This document shows, one piece after another, positions 18,326 through 29,048 of a DNA stretch of 47,644 bases. Origin of the DNA: Actinomycetota bacterium (GTDB lineage: Bacteria > Margulisbacteria > Marinamargulisbacteria > GCA-2716485). The notes below the pieces were generated by a model that was given only the letters and a program-made list of their open reading frames with translations, was not told the origin of the DNA and did no database searches. The translations under genes and the position numbers were made by a program. Location: positions 1 through 47,644 of the forward strand of contig PBBE01000047.1 in assembly GCA_002716485.1 (NCBI GenBank). Reading direction: 5' to 3'. Each line of letters starts with the position of its first letter. The stretch's first letter is position 1.

Positions 18326-21300
18326 ATGGGATTTAAGAAGATTGTTTCATCTGTTAGCAAAAAATCTGTTGACAAAAATGAGTCTTACATTCGTTTCTAT
18401 ATCGAAGTTATTGTAAAGTTAGATCAGATTCTTGGTCCATATTCAGATGTTACTTCAGGTAATGCTTTGGTTCCCCTTGTTCAGAACTATAAGGAGAGTT
18501 ATTACTTTTGGAAGATTTTAGTTCAAATGCCAAGAGCTAATTTAATTTCTGATAATGATAAGAAGGATGACTCTATTATTAGTTTTTTTCTTGAGGAATT
18601 ACAACGGGCAATTAACCTGCATTTTTCTGAAGATCAAAATAAAGAATTGTATTCAACTCCAGAAATCCGTATTCAGGTAGAATTTTTTATGCGAAACATA
18701 TTTGAAAGTTGGTTGAAGAATATTTATAAGCCTAAAGAGATTATTGAGTTTTTGAACGATGAAGAATTTAGAAGCTTTCGTGATAAGATTCGTGAGCATA
18801 CGAAAAATTCGATTGCTCGACCAGATGCGTTAACTTGGCGCGATTATTTGAAGAGGAGCTTTAATCATGGGATGATTTTTTTTCACGCAATGTACAGATC
18901 AGGTCCTTCATTAAGACTTATAAATTTATTTCAAGATTTAAATGAACTTGACCCTGAGCCTGATCTGAGTAACAGTGCCAAGTCGCTGTTTTTGTGGCAT
19001 TCTGCGAATCAAATGACGAAAATGGCTGGCGTTGTTCAGAGATATGCTTATCCTTATGTTGTTTTAGATGGTAAAATTATTGTTGCTTCTGGTGCTCTTT
19101 CACCTTTATTGCAAAAATTCTCTAAGAGTTTTACGCCAAAAATGTCACCGACGAAAACGGTGCTTCCTTATGCTAACTTTGATGTTGTTAAAGGGGCGCA
19201 TTGGAATGAGGAGAAACATGCGATGCATCTTCTTTTTGGTATTGGATCTAGTAAGTCGGTGTTTGATAAGTTTCATGTGCGTGAAGTGCTTTTAGAGATT
19301 TATAAAAGCAACAATAGCGATGATTCGGGAATAAAAAAAAAGGGTGAAGGAGCACCTGATTCAGGTGATACGAAAATAAATCCTGGTTTAAATATTGGGA
19401 AAAGAATAGCTGAAGAGTCAAGTCAGCTATTACAGTCGTTGTTAGCGCGAGATAAGAGAAAGGTTCGTTTTTGTCAAGAAATTGATCTTGTAGTCAAGCA
19501 CTTTGATGGCTCAATGATGACTAAGGAGAGTGAGACAATGCTTAGACTTTCTTTAGCTTTAAATGGGGTAACGACTCTTTATGCAAGAGACCAAGAAAAT
19601 ACGTTTAAAGACAAGTATGGATTGGACGTACAAGAGCAGGAGCTTAAACGTATGTTAAAGTTGGACTCTAAGGGTGCATTTCATGAGATATTTAATAAAG
19701 TGTTTGTTGATAAATCACTCAAATCAGATGTAGGAAAAGAAATAGTAACATATATTGCAAACTCTGCTGAAAAACGTCGTTGGGCACAGGTTACCTTATT
19801 ACCTGTAATGACTCATTTAGTTCGGTGTTGGTCAATATTTAAACTTTTGTTTGACATGGAGAAGATACTTAAAGATAATTCTAATGAAAACTCTGCTGAT
19901 AATGCGGTGAATTGTTTGTTTGCATTTTGTGATCAAGGTTCTTTGAAGTTTAGATATTCTGCTAAAGACTCCTCTATTCAGGACTATACCTTTGTAGGTC
20001 AGGCTTTAAAAACATTGAAAGATTTATACCCGGATAGTTTTAAATCAAACTTATTTCAAGATGCATCGATTATCAAGGCATTTAACAAAAAAAAAGATGA
20101 ATATGAGTGGAATAATTTTAAAGATGGTACTAAATACCTACAAAAGGTGTTTAATAGAATAGATACGTATCGATGTTTACCTGATGCATTGGTTCCGTCA
20201 AAGGCGGATAAAGGAAATGCGCGGGATTTTTTTCCGCAACGTATTGATTCCAAGGAAGAGGCTTTTTTGGAAGAGGATAGTAGTGTTACTTTTGATAAAG
20301 CAACTAAAAATAAATTATCAGATCTTTTAGATGTGTTTTTCTTTTTTGTTGTAGGAATGTTTTATTCCAAGAACGAGCCTGATAATGACATGCCTTCAGG
20401 TGATAAGGTGGATGTGCAAAAGATAGCAGTATATCGTAACAAGGTTGCGGCCTTTAAAAAAGATGTGCTTAATGAAGTATTGGGAAAAATGATGGGTGAT
20501 TTTTTTGATGGTTATGAAGAAGATGGGTGCAAACAATTTAGGGTTTTTGTTTTACATGTATTGTTTGAAAAGGTAATCGAGACAGGTGCAGTTGGACCGA
20601 TTGCATCTTTAACTTCACGAGTAGCAATACAGCAGTTGCTGATTTTTTTCATGGGGGACGCAAATAATTTGTTAGCAAGATTGGAGGTTAAAAAGGGTGA
20701 CGCTAGTCATATGTTTAAAAGATTATTTTTTACAAAATGGTTTAGTAAAGACTCCTTGCTTTCACGGAAGTCTAGAAAAATAATTGATTTTAAATCGTCA
20801 GAATTTAATGAGAATTTTAGTGATAAAAAAAATTATTTCGCTTTAATCCAAGCTTTTTTTATTTATTTTTGCCAGGAGTTTTGGAATATTGAATTTGAAC
20901 TAGAGGAATTTGAAGAAAAGTTTAATGATTTTGAGGCTTTTTTGGATAAGGTTAAGCAAGTTGAACAAACGGATCAGGATTCTAAAATGGTTATTCAGGC
21001 AAGGGTTCGACTTGAAAGATTGCGACTACTTATTCAGGAAGATTTAAAGATTACTAAAGGACTTGAGGGTCCTGAGAAAAAAGATAAAGTGTTTAAATAC
21101 CGTGTTGCTTTATTATCTGCAATTTATGATTATCTTTGGTTGGCTAATAAGAGCGATAAAAATTATGATGAAGACGATGCCCGTAATTCATTTATTGTAG
21201 GTGTTCTTATTGAATTGAACTTAGTATTTAAAGCAATTAATGACAGTAAACCTATAAAGGAGTTCGTTGGGCTTGGAAACTCGGATGCAATGGTGCATCT

Positions 21301-22699
21301 AGATGCTTTGTTAAGAGAATCACTTTGTCATGCGCCGCCATTAATAGGGCAATTGCATGGTGTAACCAGAGATGTAAATGACACTCTTTTGGAAGGGTGT
21401 TTACGTAGAGAAGGAGATTTGCTTAATAAAAGCATAAAACTTAAGTATTGTATTGCCGATTTATTAGTTCAGCATCAGGTGTTAATCAGCCTTGGTTCTG
21501 ATCAGTATTCTTTTGCGGATCATTTATCTAGATCAGAGTTGGTGTTAGTTTTTCAGCATTTTAATGATTATGCTTACTTATCAAAAGACGATGAAGAATA
21601 TAAACGTTTGGAGGCGTTTTTTAATGAAAAGTTAAAAAGTGATAAGAAAGAGCTGGACTTAAATGGCTATATTGATGTTTTGAAAAAGGAAATAGATGTA
21701 GATGCACCGATATGGGATCATTTAATTAAGAAAAAAGTGATATATGGTGGAGATAGATTGACAGCTCGATTGAAAGCCCCGTTTATTACAGGATCAAGAA
21801 TGGATATCCAAAAAAGACTCTCTTTTTTAGGTAAGTATTCTAACTTGGTTTCGGAATTAGTTTTGCAACATCGTAGTGGTCAACGTGTACGATTTTATAA
21901 AGGAGAAGATGCTGTTATTTCATTTGGGGCTCAAGTAGAGGTTAATCCTACTGGAACAAGACGACTTGGAAAAGAGGTGCCTGTGGATGAATTTTATCCA
22001 CAGCGTTGGATAGATTCATTGCGTTGGGGACTTCCTAGGCATACTATTGATCCTAATTCGAAGCTATTTATGTTTAGTGCGGGTAGTGGGAGTTGTCCTG
22101 CTGGTCCAAAGTTATTTTGGCCAAAGTTGTTAGCAGAGGCTGGTTATTTTTTAGAGCCTCTTGTTAAGCCTTTATATGACAAAATAGGTTTACCTATTTT
22201 GTGTATTTCCTCTAATGAAAAATTTATGAACCCTATTCGAATAAGATCATTGGTTTTTCAAAATAGGGATACTAAAGATAGTTCTCAAGGTAAGCTTGAA
22301 GGTGATGTTTCTTCAAAAGAGCATAAGTCGAAAGAGTCTAAAAGAGATTCTGGGGATCTATCAGGCACACCCTGCAGTGAGAGGCAAGACACTAAAATGA
22401 AAACTAGACATTCTTTTCATGATTTTCAAGTTTTAAGTCGCGATAAAGCCCCCAACTATAGAAAAAAAGAACCAGCTAAATCTCGCCAAAAACCTAAATC
22501 TTCCATAGAAGCTAAATTTCGCCAAAAAGATAAAGTTTCTGAAGATAAGGATGCTCGTGGAGTCTTTAACTATAATACAAAGTATAATGGTCTAACTAGT
22601 AATTTTAATTTTGGTTCTGTTGAGTTTTCTGTTCTTGCTGCTTTTGCTTTTGCTTTTGCTGCTGCTGCTGCTGTTGCTACTGTTACTGAAGAGAAGTGA
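18326..22699 (+). CDS. Large hypothetical protein (1457 aa), mostly helical, with a low-complexity C-terminus
   Basis: Long uninterrupted ORF; no recognisable family motif; its stop overlaps the kinase start (GTGA). Confidence 0.8.
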   Translation: MGFKKIVSSVSKKSVDKNESYIRFYIEVIVKLDQILGPYSDVTSGNALVPLVQNYKESYYFWKILVQMPRANLISDNDKKDDSIISFFLEELQRAINLHFSEDQNKELYSTPEIRIQVEFFMRNIFESWLKNIYKPKEIIEFLNDEEFRSFRDKIREHTKNSIARPDALTWRDYLKRSFNHGMIFFHAMYRSGPSLRLINLFQDLNELDPEPDLSNSAKSLFLWHSANQMTKMAGVVQRYAYPYVVLDGKIIVASGALSPLLQKFSKSFTPKMSPTKTVLPYANFDVVKGAHWNEEKHAMHLLFGIGSSKSVFDKFHVREVLLEIYKSNNSDDSGIKKKGEGAPDSGDTKINPGLNIGKRIAEESSQLLQSLLARDKRKVRFCQEIDLVVKHFDGSMMTKESETMLRLSLALNGVTTLYARDQENTFKDKYGLDVQEQELKRMLKLDSKGAFHEIFNKVFVDKSLKSDVGKEIVTYIANSAEKRRWAQVTLLPVMTHLVRCWSIFKLLFDMEKILKDNSNENSADNAVNCLFAFCDQGSLKFRYSAKDSSIQDYTFVGQALKTLKDLYPDSFKSNLFQDASIIKAFNKKKDEYEWNNFKDGTKYLQKVFNRIDTYRCLPDALVPSKADKGNARDFFPQRIDSKEEAFLEEDSSVTFDKATKNKLSDLLDVFFFFVVGMFYSKNEPDNDMPSGDKVDVQKIAVYRNKVAAFKKDVLNEVLGKMMGDFFDGYEEDGCKQFRVFVLHVLFEKVIETGAVGPIASLTSRVAIQQLLIFFMGDANNLLARLEVKKGDASHMFKRLFFTKWFSKDSLLSRKSRKIIDFKSSEFNENFSDKKNYFALIQAFFIYFCQEFWNIEFELEEFEEKFNDFEAFLDKVKQVEQTDQDSKMVIQARVRLERLRLLIQEDLKITKGLEGPEKKDKVFKYRVALLSAIYDYLWLANKSDKNYDEDDARNSFIVGVLIELNLVFKAINDSKPIKEFVGLGNSDAMVHLDALLRESLCHAPPLIGQLHGVTRDVNDTLLEGCLRREGDLLNKSIKLKYCIADLLVQHQVLISLGSDQYSFADHLSRSELVLVFQHFNDYAYLSKDDEEYKRLEAFFNEKLKSDKKELDLNGYIDVLKKEIDVDAPIWDHLIKKKVIYGGDRLTARLKAPFITGSRMDIQKRLSFLGKYSNLVSELVLQHRSGQRVRFYKGEDAVISFGAQVEVNPTGTRRLGKEVPVDEFYPQRWIDSLRWGLPRHTIDPNSKLFMFSAGSGSCPAGPKLFWPKLLAEAGYFLEPLVKPLYDKIGLPILCISSNEKFMNPIRIRSLVFQNRDTKDSSQGKLEGDVSSKEHKSKESKRDSGDLSGTPCSERQDTKMKTRHSFHDFQVLSRDKAPNYRKKEPAKSRQKPKSSIEAKFRQKDKVSEDKDARGVFNYNTKYNGLTSNFNFGSVEFSVLAAFAFAFAAAAAVATVTEEK
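22637..22687 (+). repeat. Microsatellite-like tract of GCTTTT and GCT units encoding AAFAFAFAAAAAVATVT
   Basis: gctgcttttgcttttgcttttgctgctgctgctgctgttgctactgttact read directly. Confidence 0.8.
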
Positions 22700-25600
22700 T
22701 TGTGGAGGAAAAGTTTTTAGAAGGAATCCATGAAAAATATGAGTTATTGTCTTATCAGGGACGCCGGGTTTTAGAGCGGCATTTTTTGTCGTCAGATGTG
22801 GCCCTTTTGCAACACTTTATGAAGGAATCGGGGGTGCTTAAAGCGTTGACGGAGCGTGTGGAAGGGGTGTTTTTGGAGCATTGCCCTACAGGTGGGTTTG
22901 ATAAAAAGATGATGTTTTATTTACCTGAAAAGGGACTTAGTTTGGGGCAATTGTTATCTAAAGGGCCGATGAGTATGTCGGACTTTTATGCGTTTATTTT
23001 ACCCTTATTATCCCGACTCAAAAAGGTATATGGGGCAGATTTTTTTCATGGGAACTTGAACCCGAATACCATTATTGTGGATTCAGAGAGCTTTGAAAGT
23101 TATTTCTTTTCAGTTTCATTTTATGCAGAATCTGAACAGGCGGTTCCGTTTTATATGGCCTTAGGGAAATCTATATTGGCTTATTGTGCGCCGGAACGGA
23201 CCCAGCGATTGACCTTGCCTTATGATCATCGCTCAGATTTTTATGCCTTGGGGTGCTTGATTTATGAGTGCTTAACGGGCACTTGTTTATTTGATTTTGA
23301 GAAGCCAGAAGAGATGGTTTTTGCCCATTTGACCCAATCGCCTCGGGAGTTGTTTGGATTGAAGGGGAAGGTGCCGGACTACTTTTCGCCAATGTTACTT
23401 AAAATTATTGAAAAGTTGTTGCATAAAGATCCTCATCAGCGGTATCAGGATATTGATAGTCTGATTTATGATATTTCTCAGACTCAGCGCTTGGCAAGTA
23501 CAGTAAGCTTTCCTTTGGATACCCAGGGGAAGTATCGGAATGTGGTTCTTTCTGATCAATATTATGGTCATCAAAAAGAAAAAGATCAGATGGTGAGTAT
23601 TTATAAGAATAGCTTAAAAAATTATCCGCAGTTGGTGTTAGTGGAAGGCGAGAAAGGGGCTGGAAAGACCCGGTTTGCACATTCTATATTACATGGGGCG
23701 TTTAAACCGTATCCATTTATTGTGTTGGTTTCATTGCAGCCAAAAAATCAAGAAGTGCCCTACTTTGGCTTAACTAAGTTGTTGGAGCAACTGGTATTTA
23801 AGTTGATTTCTCAGACCAACGAACAAGAAATAGAAGAGATTCGGCCGCAGTTACATTCGATTTCGGATGAGAATGTGGCTTTGTTGATGCAGTTGTGTAG
23901 TAGTTATTCGGCGTTATTGGAGTTTTTTGAGTTGGATACCAAAGTCACTCAGTCGACTCAAGTGGCTAATTTTGGCCATGCAGTGGTTCAGTTTTTATCC
24001 GTGGTGTCTTTAGTGAAGCCCTTGGTATTTATTTTTGATGGCTTAGAATTTGCAGATGAGGCCACGATTCGCTTTATTTCTCAAAGTTTAGTGGTTTTGA
24101 ATGATCGACCAGTAACGTTTGTTGGGACTATTGGGGATGAGGTGCTAGCGGAAGGGAATTTGGTATATTCAGTGTTGGTTCAGCCGTCTAAAACGATGTA
24201 TGACTATCATTTATTAAAGTTGTCGTTATTGACGGTAAGAGATATTAAGGCATTTATTAAAGATACATTTCACTATCGAGTGGAGCGATTGGATGAATTG
24301 GCGGCCATTATTATACAAAAGACTCATGGGAATCCGCACTATATCCGGCAAAGTGTATCCTTTTTATTAAAGGAAGGATACTTTAAGTATTTGACGGAAT
24401 CGTCGATTTGGAAGTGGAGTTCGGAGCAGGTGAAGTCCATTAAAGTGGCAGATTCAGCAGTTAATTTGCTTTTGGGTCAGTATCGGTCTTATTCAGATGA
24501 TATTCGCTTATTGGTTCAATATGCGGCATGCTTTAAAGATTCATTTACCATGCAGCAAATGGCGTCTTTATTGGGCTTTTCTAATGATGTTTTAATTCAA
24601 TATTTATTGACCTTAATTGACGATAATATTTTAGTCATGGTGAACCAATCGATTTATTTGCTTTCTTCTCGAACTTTAAGGGAGCAGTCGTACGTGCTAG
24701 AACAAGCTAGTTTTGATTTTTCGAATCCAAAGATTAGTGCCTTTATTTATGATCAAGTTGCGGCTCAGGAGCGATCTGAGGTGCATTTTCGGATTGGGAA
24801 GTTATTGTTGGGGCAGCAAGATCAATTGGATGAGATGTTTGCAGAATATAAGATTGTGAAGCATTTTAATTTATCTGACAGAGCGTATTTGGATAAATCT
24901 TTGGCGAGACAGTTGGTGAACTTGAATTTACTTGCGGGTCAAAAGTCGAAAGCAGCGGGGCATTATCAAAAGGCCTTGGTTTATTTTGATTTTGCCTTAA
25001 AGTTTTTAGATGCCTTGCATGATGAGTGGGATCAGCCGTTATGTTTTTCTATTTTATTGGAACGGGTGAGGTGTTTGTATTTTAGTGTGGGATATGAGGC
25101 GGCCTTAGATGCCATTTCCCAGGCATCTGAATATAGTATGTCGCGCTTGGATAAGGCCACCGTGTTGATGGAGCAATTATTTGTTGAAATTGAACAAAAT
25201 TACTTTAGGAAGGCGACGGAAACGGCTTATGAGATGTTGCGACATTGTGGGGTTTATTTACCCAAAATAAAGGCGGTTATTATTTTGTTTTTGATTTTGG
25301 AAGCGCAAAAGATTAAACGATTTATTCATTTGCCAATTGAGACGGATTTGGTTTTAGATCCCCAACAATCACGGCGATTAGAGTTGATGTTTCGGGGGTT
25401 TGAGCTATTAAATACAAGTGTGCATTTGGTGAATAATGAACTGTTTGCCTTATCGTCTCTTAAATTACTATCCGCGTCTTATCAGATGGGAGGCTCTGCT
25501 AATTCGGCCTCTGGTTTGACCATGTATTCATTTTGGTTAACTACCCAACATAAGTTAGATGAGGCATTTACTTTTTCTGAAAAGGCCATTGATATTAGTA

Positions 25601-27987
25601 ATCACTTTGGTGACCCGACGATGATTGGTCGGTCTTTGTTGGCTTATTATGGGTTGGTAGGGATTTGGAAGATTCCTTTAAGAGAGACAGCCCCTGGTTT
25701 GGAGAAGGCATTTCGTAATTTGATGTTTGCAGGGCAACCTAGTTACGCTGTTATATGCTTGATATTTTCATTTTTGAATCAATTTTTTGTGGGGGTCAAG
25801 GTGCCCTTGTTATCGCAGCATTTAGCGCGTATTTTTGGGTATTTGAAGGGGATGGGGGTTTCTCTTGAATCGACTTCAGAGGTTCCTGATGAGCCAATGT
25901 CGTCTAGTATGAGCTTGATTAAAGTAGATGGGACCTTAGTGGATGATTTAAATATGTATCACAAATTTGTTCAGGTTTTAGCGGGTGGTGGTGGCCATTT
26001 TGATGAAATAAATCAAATTGATTTTAAACAATTAGATGATCGTTTTGACGATGGGTCACCGGTAGGCGTCTTTATGATGGTTTTTTGCTTTTTTGATAGT
26101 CAATATGAAAAGGGGCTTGAGATTGGGGATCAGCTTTGGCGTATGATTAAAGATCGTCATTTGGCGGTTATTTATCCGTTGTATATCTATTATTATAGTT
26201 TATTGATTTATCAAGGCTTTCAGGGTGCAAGCCTAAGACGGAAATGGATTTATCGACGACGTTTGTCTTATATTGTGAAACTTTATGATGGGTTTCAAGA
26301 TCGCTGTCCCGAAAATTTTCGGACGATTTATTTGTTTTTGGATGCCAAGTTATCGCATTTGAGATCTCCTTCATTTAACACAGTTCGTTATTTTAATGAG
26401 GCCGTGAGTTTGGCCATTCAAGATCAGATGCCCCATGTGGCAGGCTTGTGTCATCAAGCATTAGCGGATATTTATGAAGAAGAAGGGGTGTACCATTTGG
26501 CGTATACTCATTTAAATGAGGCTGTTCATTATTATTCGAATTGGGGCTTGAGTTTGGGGGTTCAAGAGATGAAGCTTAAGGTTGAATCATTGTATGAAAA
26601 ATGTAATTTATCTAAAGGGTTTATGCTTAATTTTTCTCAAGGGCTGGATTTTAAACGTTTGATTAATGCGAGTCAGTCTTTATCTCAAGAGACGAATTGT
26701 AAGGCCTTATTAGAGCAATTATTGAAGGTGGCCATGGAAAGTGCGGGAGCACAAAAGGCGGTTATTATTCTAAAGAAAGGAACTGATTTTTTTGTGGAAG
26801 CATCCTTTGATCCGAAGGACAATCAGATGAAGGTGTTTCAATCGGTTCCGATTCAGTCGGCGGATATGTTACCGAAGTCTTTGATTCAGTATGTTATTTT
26901 TACTAAAACCAAATTGCTGATTCATAACGCGGAGGGGCATAAGTTATTTCGGACGGATCCGTATGTGATTCAGAATGAACCGAAGTCGGTCTTATGTTTG
27001 CCTATTTTTAAACAGGTGGCATTAACAGGAGTGTTGTATCTTGAAAATAACTTGGTTTTTGATGGGTTTTCTGAAGATTCCTTACAGGTGTTAGAGGTGA
27101 TTGTCTCTCAAGCCGCTATTTCTATTGAAAATGCAGTTTTACATGAGCAGAACCAAGATTTAATTCATAACTTAGAGGACCGGGTTTCGTCTCAAATTAA
27201 GCAAACGCAGATAGCTGAACAGGAAAAAAACCAGAGTTTGAAAATGGTGAAAAAAGTATCAGAGCATTCGGCTTATGCGACTTTGACTAGAGGAATAGCT
27301 CATGAGATTCGCAATCCGATGGGGCTTATTTTATCGGGAATGGAATTAATTTTGGATAATATTCATGATAAAGAGTTGGTTCAAACGTATGCTCAATCTG
27401 TGAAGCAGAGCATGTTGCAGTTGTCGAGTATTACAACGAATATGCTTAACTATGGGACCCCGGTTTCGGACAAACGAGTCAATATGTCGATTAATGAGTT
27501 GATCAAAGATGCGTTAATGATGGCACGAACAGAGTGTAAGAAACGACGAATTGTGGTGAAAACGATTTTTAGAGAGGTTCCTGATGTGTATGTGGATACG
27601 AATAGTATTAGTCAGGCGTTTTTAAATATACTATTAAATGCGATTGAGGCCATTGATATGAATGGTGAAATTCAAATAGAAACCTTTGAGAGTCAGTGGG
27701 TTAATGCGTCTGGTCAACAAGTGGAAGGGGTGAAAGTGTTGGTTCAAGATTCTGGAAAAGGGATTCCTCAAGATATCTTAGATGAGATCTATGACCCGTT
27801 TTTTACTACAAAACATCAAAATGTAGGATTAGGACTTTCTCTGGTATTAAAAACAATAAGAGAGCATGAGGGGTTAATTGATGTGATTTCAAATGATGCA
27901 GGCTTGACGTCGTTTATTTTGCATTTACCTAGACAAGGTATTATAGAAGGGCGACGTGAGGAGGCCCTTTCTCTTTCAGTTAAGTAG
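22696..27987 (+). CDS. Multidomain sensor: degenerate Ser/Thr kinase, AAA ATPase, TPR-like region, GAF and histidine kinase (HstK-like)
   Basis: YCAPERTQRL and RSDFYALG kinase subdomains; P-loop GEKGAGKT; KTHGNPHY; GAF region (PKSVLCLPI, GVLYLENN); H-box IAHEIRNPM; N-box NAIEA; DSGKGI; FFTTK; GLGL. Confidence 0.92.
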   Translation: MIVEEKFLEGIHEKYELLSYQGRRVLERHFLSSDVALLQHFMKESGVLKALTERVEGVFLEHCPTGGFDKKMMFYLPEKGLSLGQLLSKGPMSMSDFYAFILPLLSRLKKVYGADFFHGNLNPNTIIVDSESFESYFFSVSFYAESEQAVPFYMALGKSILAYCAPERTQRLTLPYDHRSDFYALGCLIYECLTGTCLFDFEKPEEMVFAHLTQSPRELFGLKGKVPDYFSPMLLKIIEKLLHKDPHQRYQDIDSLIYDISQTQRLASTVSFPLDTQGKYRNVVLSDQYYGHQKEKDQMVSIYKNSLKNYPQLVLVEGEKGAGKTRFAHSILHGAFKPYPFIVLVSLQPKNQEVPYFGLTKLLEQLVFKLISQTNEQEIEEIRPQLHSISDENVALLMQLCSSYSALLEFFELDTKVTQSTQVANFGHAVVQFLSVVSLVKPLVFIFDGLEFADEATIRFISQSLVVLNDRPVTFVGTIGDEVLAEGNLVYSVLVQPSKTMYDYHLLKLSLLTVRDIKAFIKDTFHYRVERLDELAAIIIQKTHGNPHYIRQSVSFLLKEGYFKYLTESSIWKWSSEQVKSIKVADSAVNLLLGQYRSYSDDIRLLVQYAACFKDSFTMQQMASLLGFSNDVLIQYLLTLIDDNILVMVNQSIYLLSSRTLREQSYVLEQASFDFSNPKISAFIYDQVAAQERSEVHFRIGKLLLGQQDQLDEMFAEYKIVKHFNLSDRAYLDKSLARQLVNLNLLAGQKSKAAGHYQKALVYFDFALKFLDALHDEWDQPLCFSILLERVRCLYFSVGYEAALDAISQASEYSMSRLDKATVLMEQLFVEIEQNYFRKATETAYEMLRHCGVYLPKIKAVIILFLILEAQKIKRFIHLPIETDLVLDPQQSRRLELMFRGFELLNTSVHLVNNELFALSSLKLLSASYQMGGSANSASGLTMYSFWLTTQHKLDEAFTFSEKAIDISNHFGDPTMIGRSLLAYYGLVGIWKIPLRETAPGLEKAFRNLMFAGQPSYAVICLIFSFLNQFFVGVKVPLLSQHLARIFGYLKGMGVSLESTSEVPDEPMSSSMSLIKVDGTLVDDLNMYHKFVQVLAGGGGHFDEINQIDFKQLDDRFDDGSPVGVFMMVFCFFDSQYEKGLEIGDQLWRMIKDRHLAVIYPLYIYYYSLLIYQGFQGASLRRKWIYRRRLSYIVKLYDGFQDRCPENFRTIYLFLDAKLSHLRSPSFNTVRYFNEAVSLAIQDQMPHVAGLCHQALADIYEEEGVYHLAYTHLNEAVHYYSNWGLSLGVQEMKLKVESLYEKCNLSKGFMLNFSQGLDFKRLINASQSLSQETNCKALLEQLLKVAMESAGAQKAVIILKKGTDFFVEASFDPKDNQMKVFQSVPIQSADMLPKSLIQYVIFTKTKLLIHNAEGHKLFRTDPYVIQNEPKSVLCLPIFKQVALTGVLYLENNLVFDGFSEDSLQVLEVIVSQAAISIENAVLHEQNQDLIHNLEDRVSSQIKQTQIAEQEKNQSLKMVKKVSEHSAYATLTRGIAHEIRNPMGLILSGMELILDNIHDKELVQTYAQSVKQSMLQLSSITTNMLNYGTPVSDKRVNMSINELIKDALMMARTECKKRRIVVKTIFREVPDVYVDTNSISQAFLNILLNAIEAIDMNGEIQIETFESQWVNASGQQVEGVKVLVQDSGKGIPQDILDEIYDPFFTTKHQNVGLGLSLVLKTIREHEGLIDVISNDAGLTSFILHLPRQGIIEGRREEALSLSVK

Positions 27988-27995
27988 GGGTAGGG

Positions 27996-29000
27996 TTATT
28001 TGATAAAGGCGTTAAGTTGTTCGGTTTGTTTGGGGTTTAAAATGGAGAATAGCGTATCGTTGATATGGACTTTGGTGCTTGCTTGGGGGGCGTAATTAAA
28101 ATCACCTGTTTGGTGATCTCTAATACCAATGATTTGGATGCCAATTTTTTTGCTTAAATTAATTTCTTTTAAGGTCTTACCTGCGATCCAGGAGTTTTCA
28201 GGGATGACGATTTCTTCAATTCGGTGATGGGTTTTGTCTCGGAGCATGGTATCTAGAAAACTGACCACGTTAGGGCGGACTAGTTCTGAGACAAAGCGAA
28301 GGGCGCCGATATGATTGGGCACCACTAGAGAGGTTGCGCCTGCGCGATGGAATTTTCGGTGGTTTTTGAGGGTGATTAATTTTGAAATAATAGTGCAGTT
28401 GGGGTTGGTGTGCTTGATGGTAAGCGTTAGAAATAGATTGTCTTTATCTAGTGGTAATGTGCATGCCACTGCTTGGGCATGTTCGATACCGGCTTCGATG
28501 AGGACGTCTTCTTCGCTGGCATCTCCTAGTAGTATTAAGATATTATCAAATTCTGCTTTTAATTTTTCAACTACCTCTTTATCTTGTTCAATGACAACGA
28601 ATGCTCGTTGTGTTTTGATAAGTTCTTGGATAATATAGTGGCCGTTGATTCCGGCGCCACAAATAATAAAATGATTTTTTAACTGATTTATCTTTTTTTT
28701 CACTCGTTGTGTCCAAAAAAAATGATTGATTTGTTCGCCTACTATCATAGCAGTAATGCTGGATAAAACAAACCCTAAATTTGCCATTCCTAGGATAATG
28801 ATTAGGGTTGTTAGAAAGATTGCAGGTGGATTTCCTGCTAGAGGGACGGTTTCTCCAAATCCCACGGTGCTAATGGTGATAATGGTCATAAAGAAACTGT
28901 CAAGAAATGAGACTGGGCTTAGTGATACGAGTGGGTATCCCAAGGTCCCTAATAAGATGGTAACGATAAGAATGCTGATGGGGATCAGAATGCGTCTCAT
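27996..29000 (-). CDS. Two-TM potassium channel with RCK (TrkA-N/C) domains
   Basis: Selectivity filter TVGFG, Rossmann motif IICGAGING, GDASEEDVL and a TrkA-C tail. Confidence 0.92.
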   Translation of the reverse strand: MRRILIPISILIVTILLGTLGYPLVSLSPVSFLDSFFMTIITISTVGFGETVPLAGNPPAIFLTTLIIILGMANLGFVLSSITAMIVGEQINHFFWTQRVKKKINQLKNHFIICGAGINGHYIIQELIKTQRAFVVIEQDKEVVEKLKAEFDNILILLGDASEEDVLIEAGIEHAQAVACTLPLDKDNLFLTLTIKHTNPNCTIISKLITLKNHRKFHRAGATSLVVPNHIGALRFVSELVRPNVVSFLDTMLRDKTHHRIEEIVIPENSWIAGKTLKEINLSKKIGIQIIGIRDHQTGDFNYAPQASTKVHINDTLFSILNPKQTEQLNAFIK

Positions 29001-29048
29001 GCTTGATATTATAGCATGCTTACTTTGGGAGTGCAGAGGATAGGGGGC

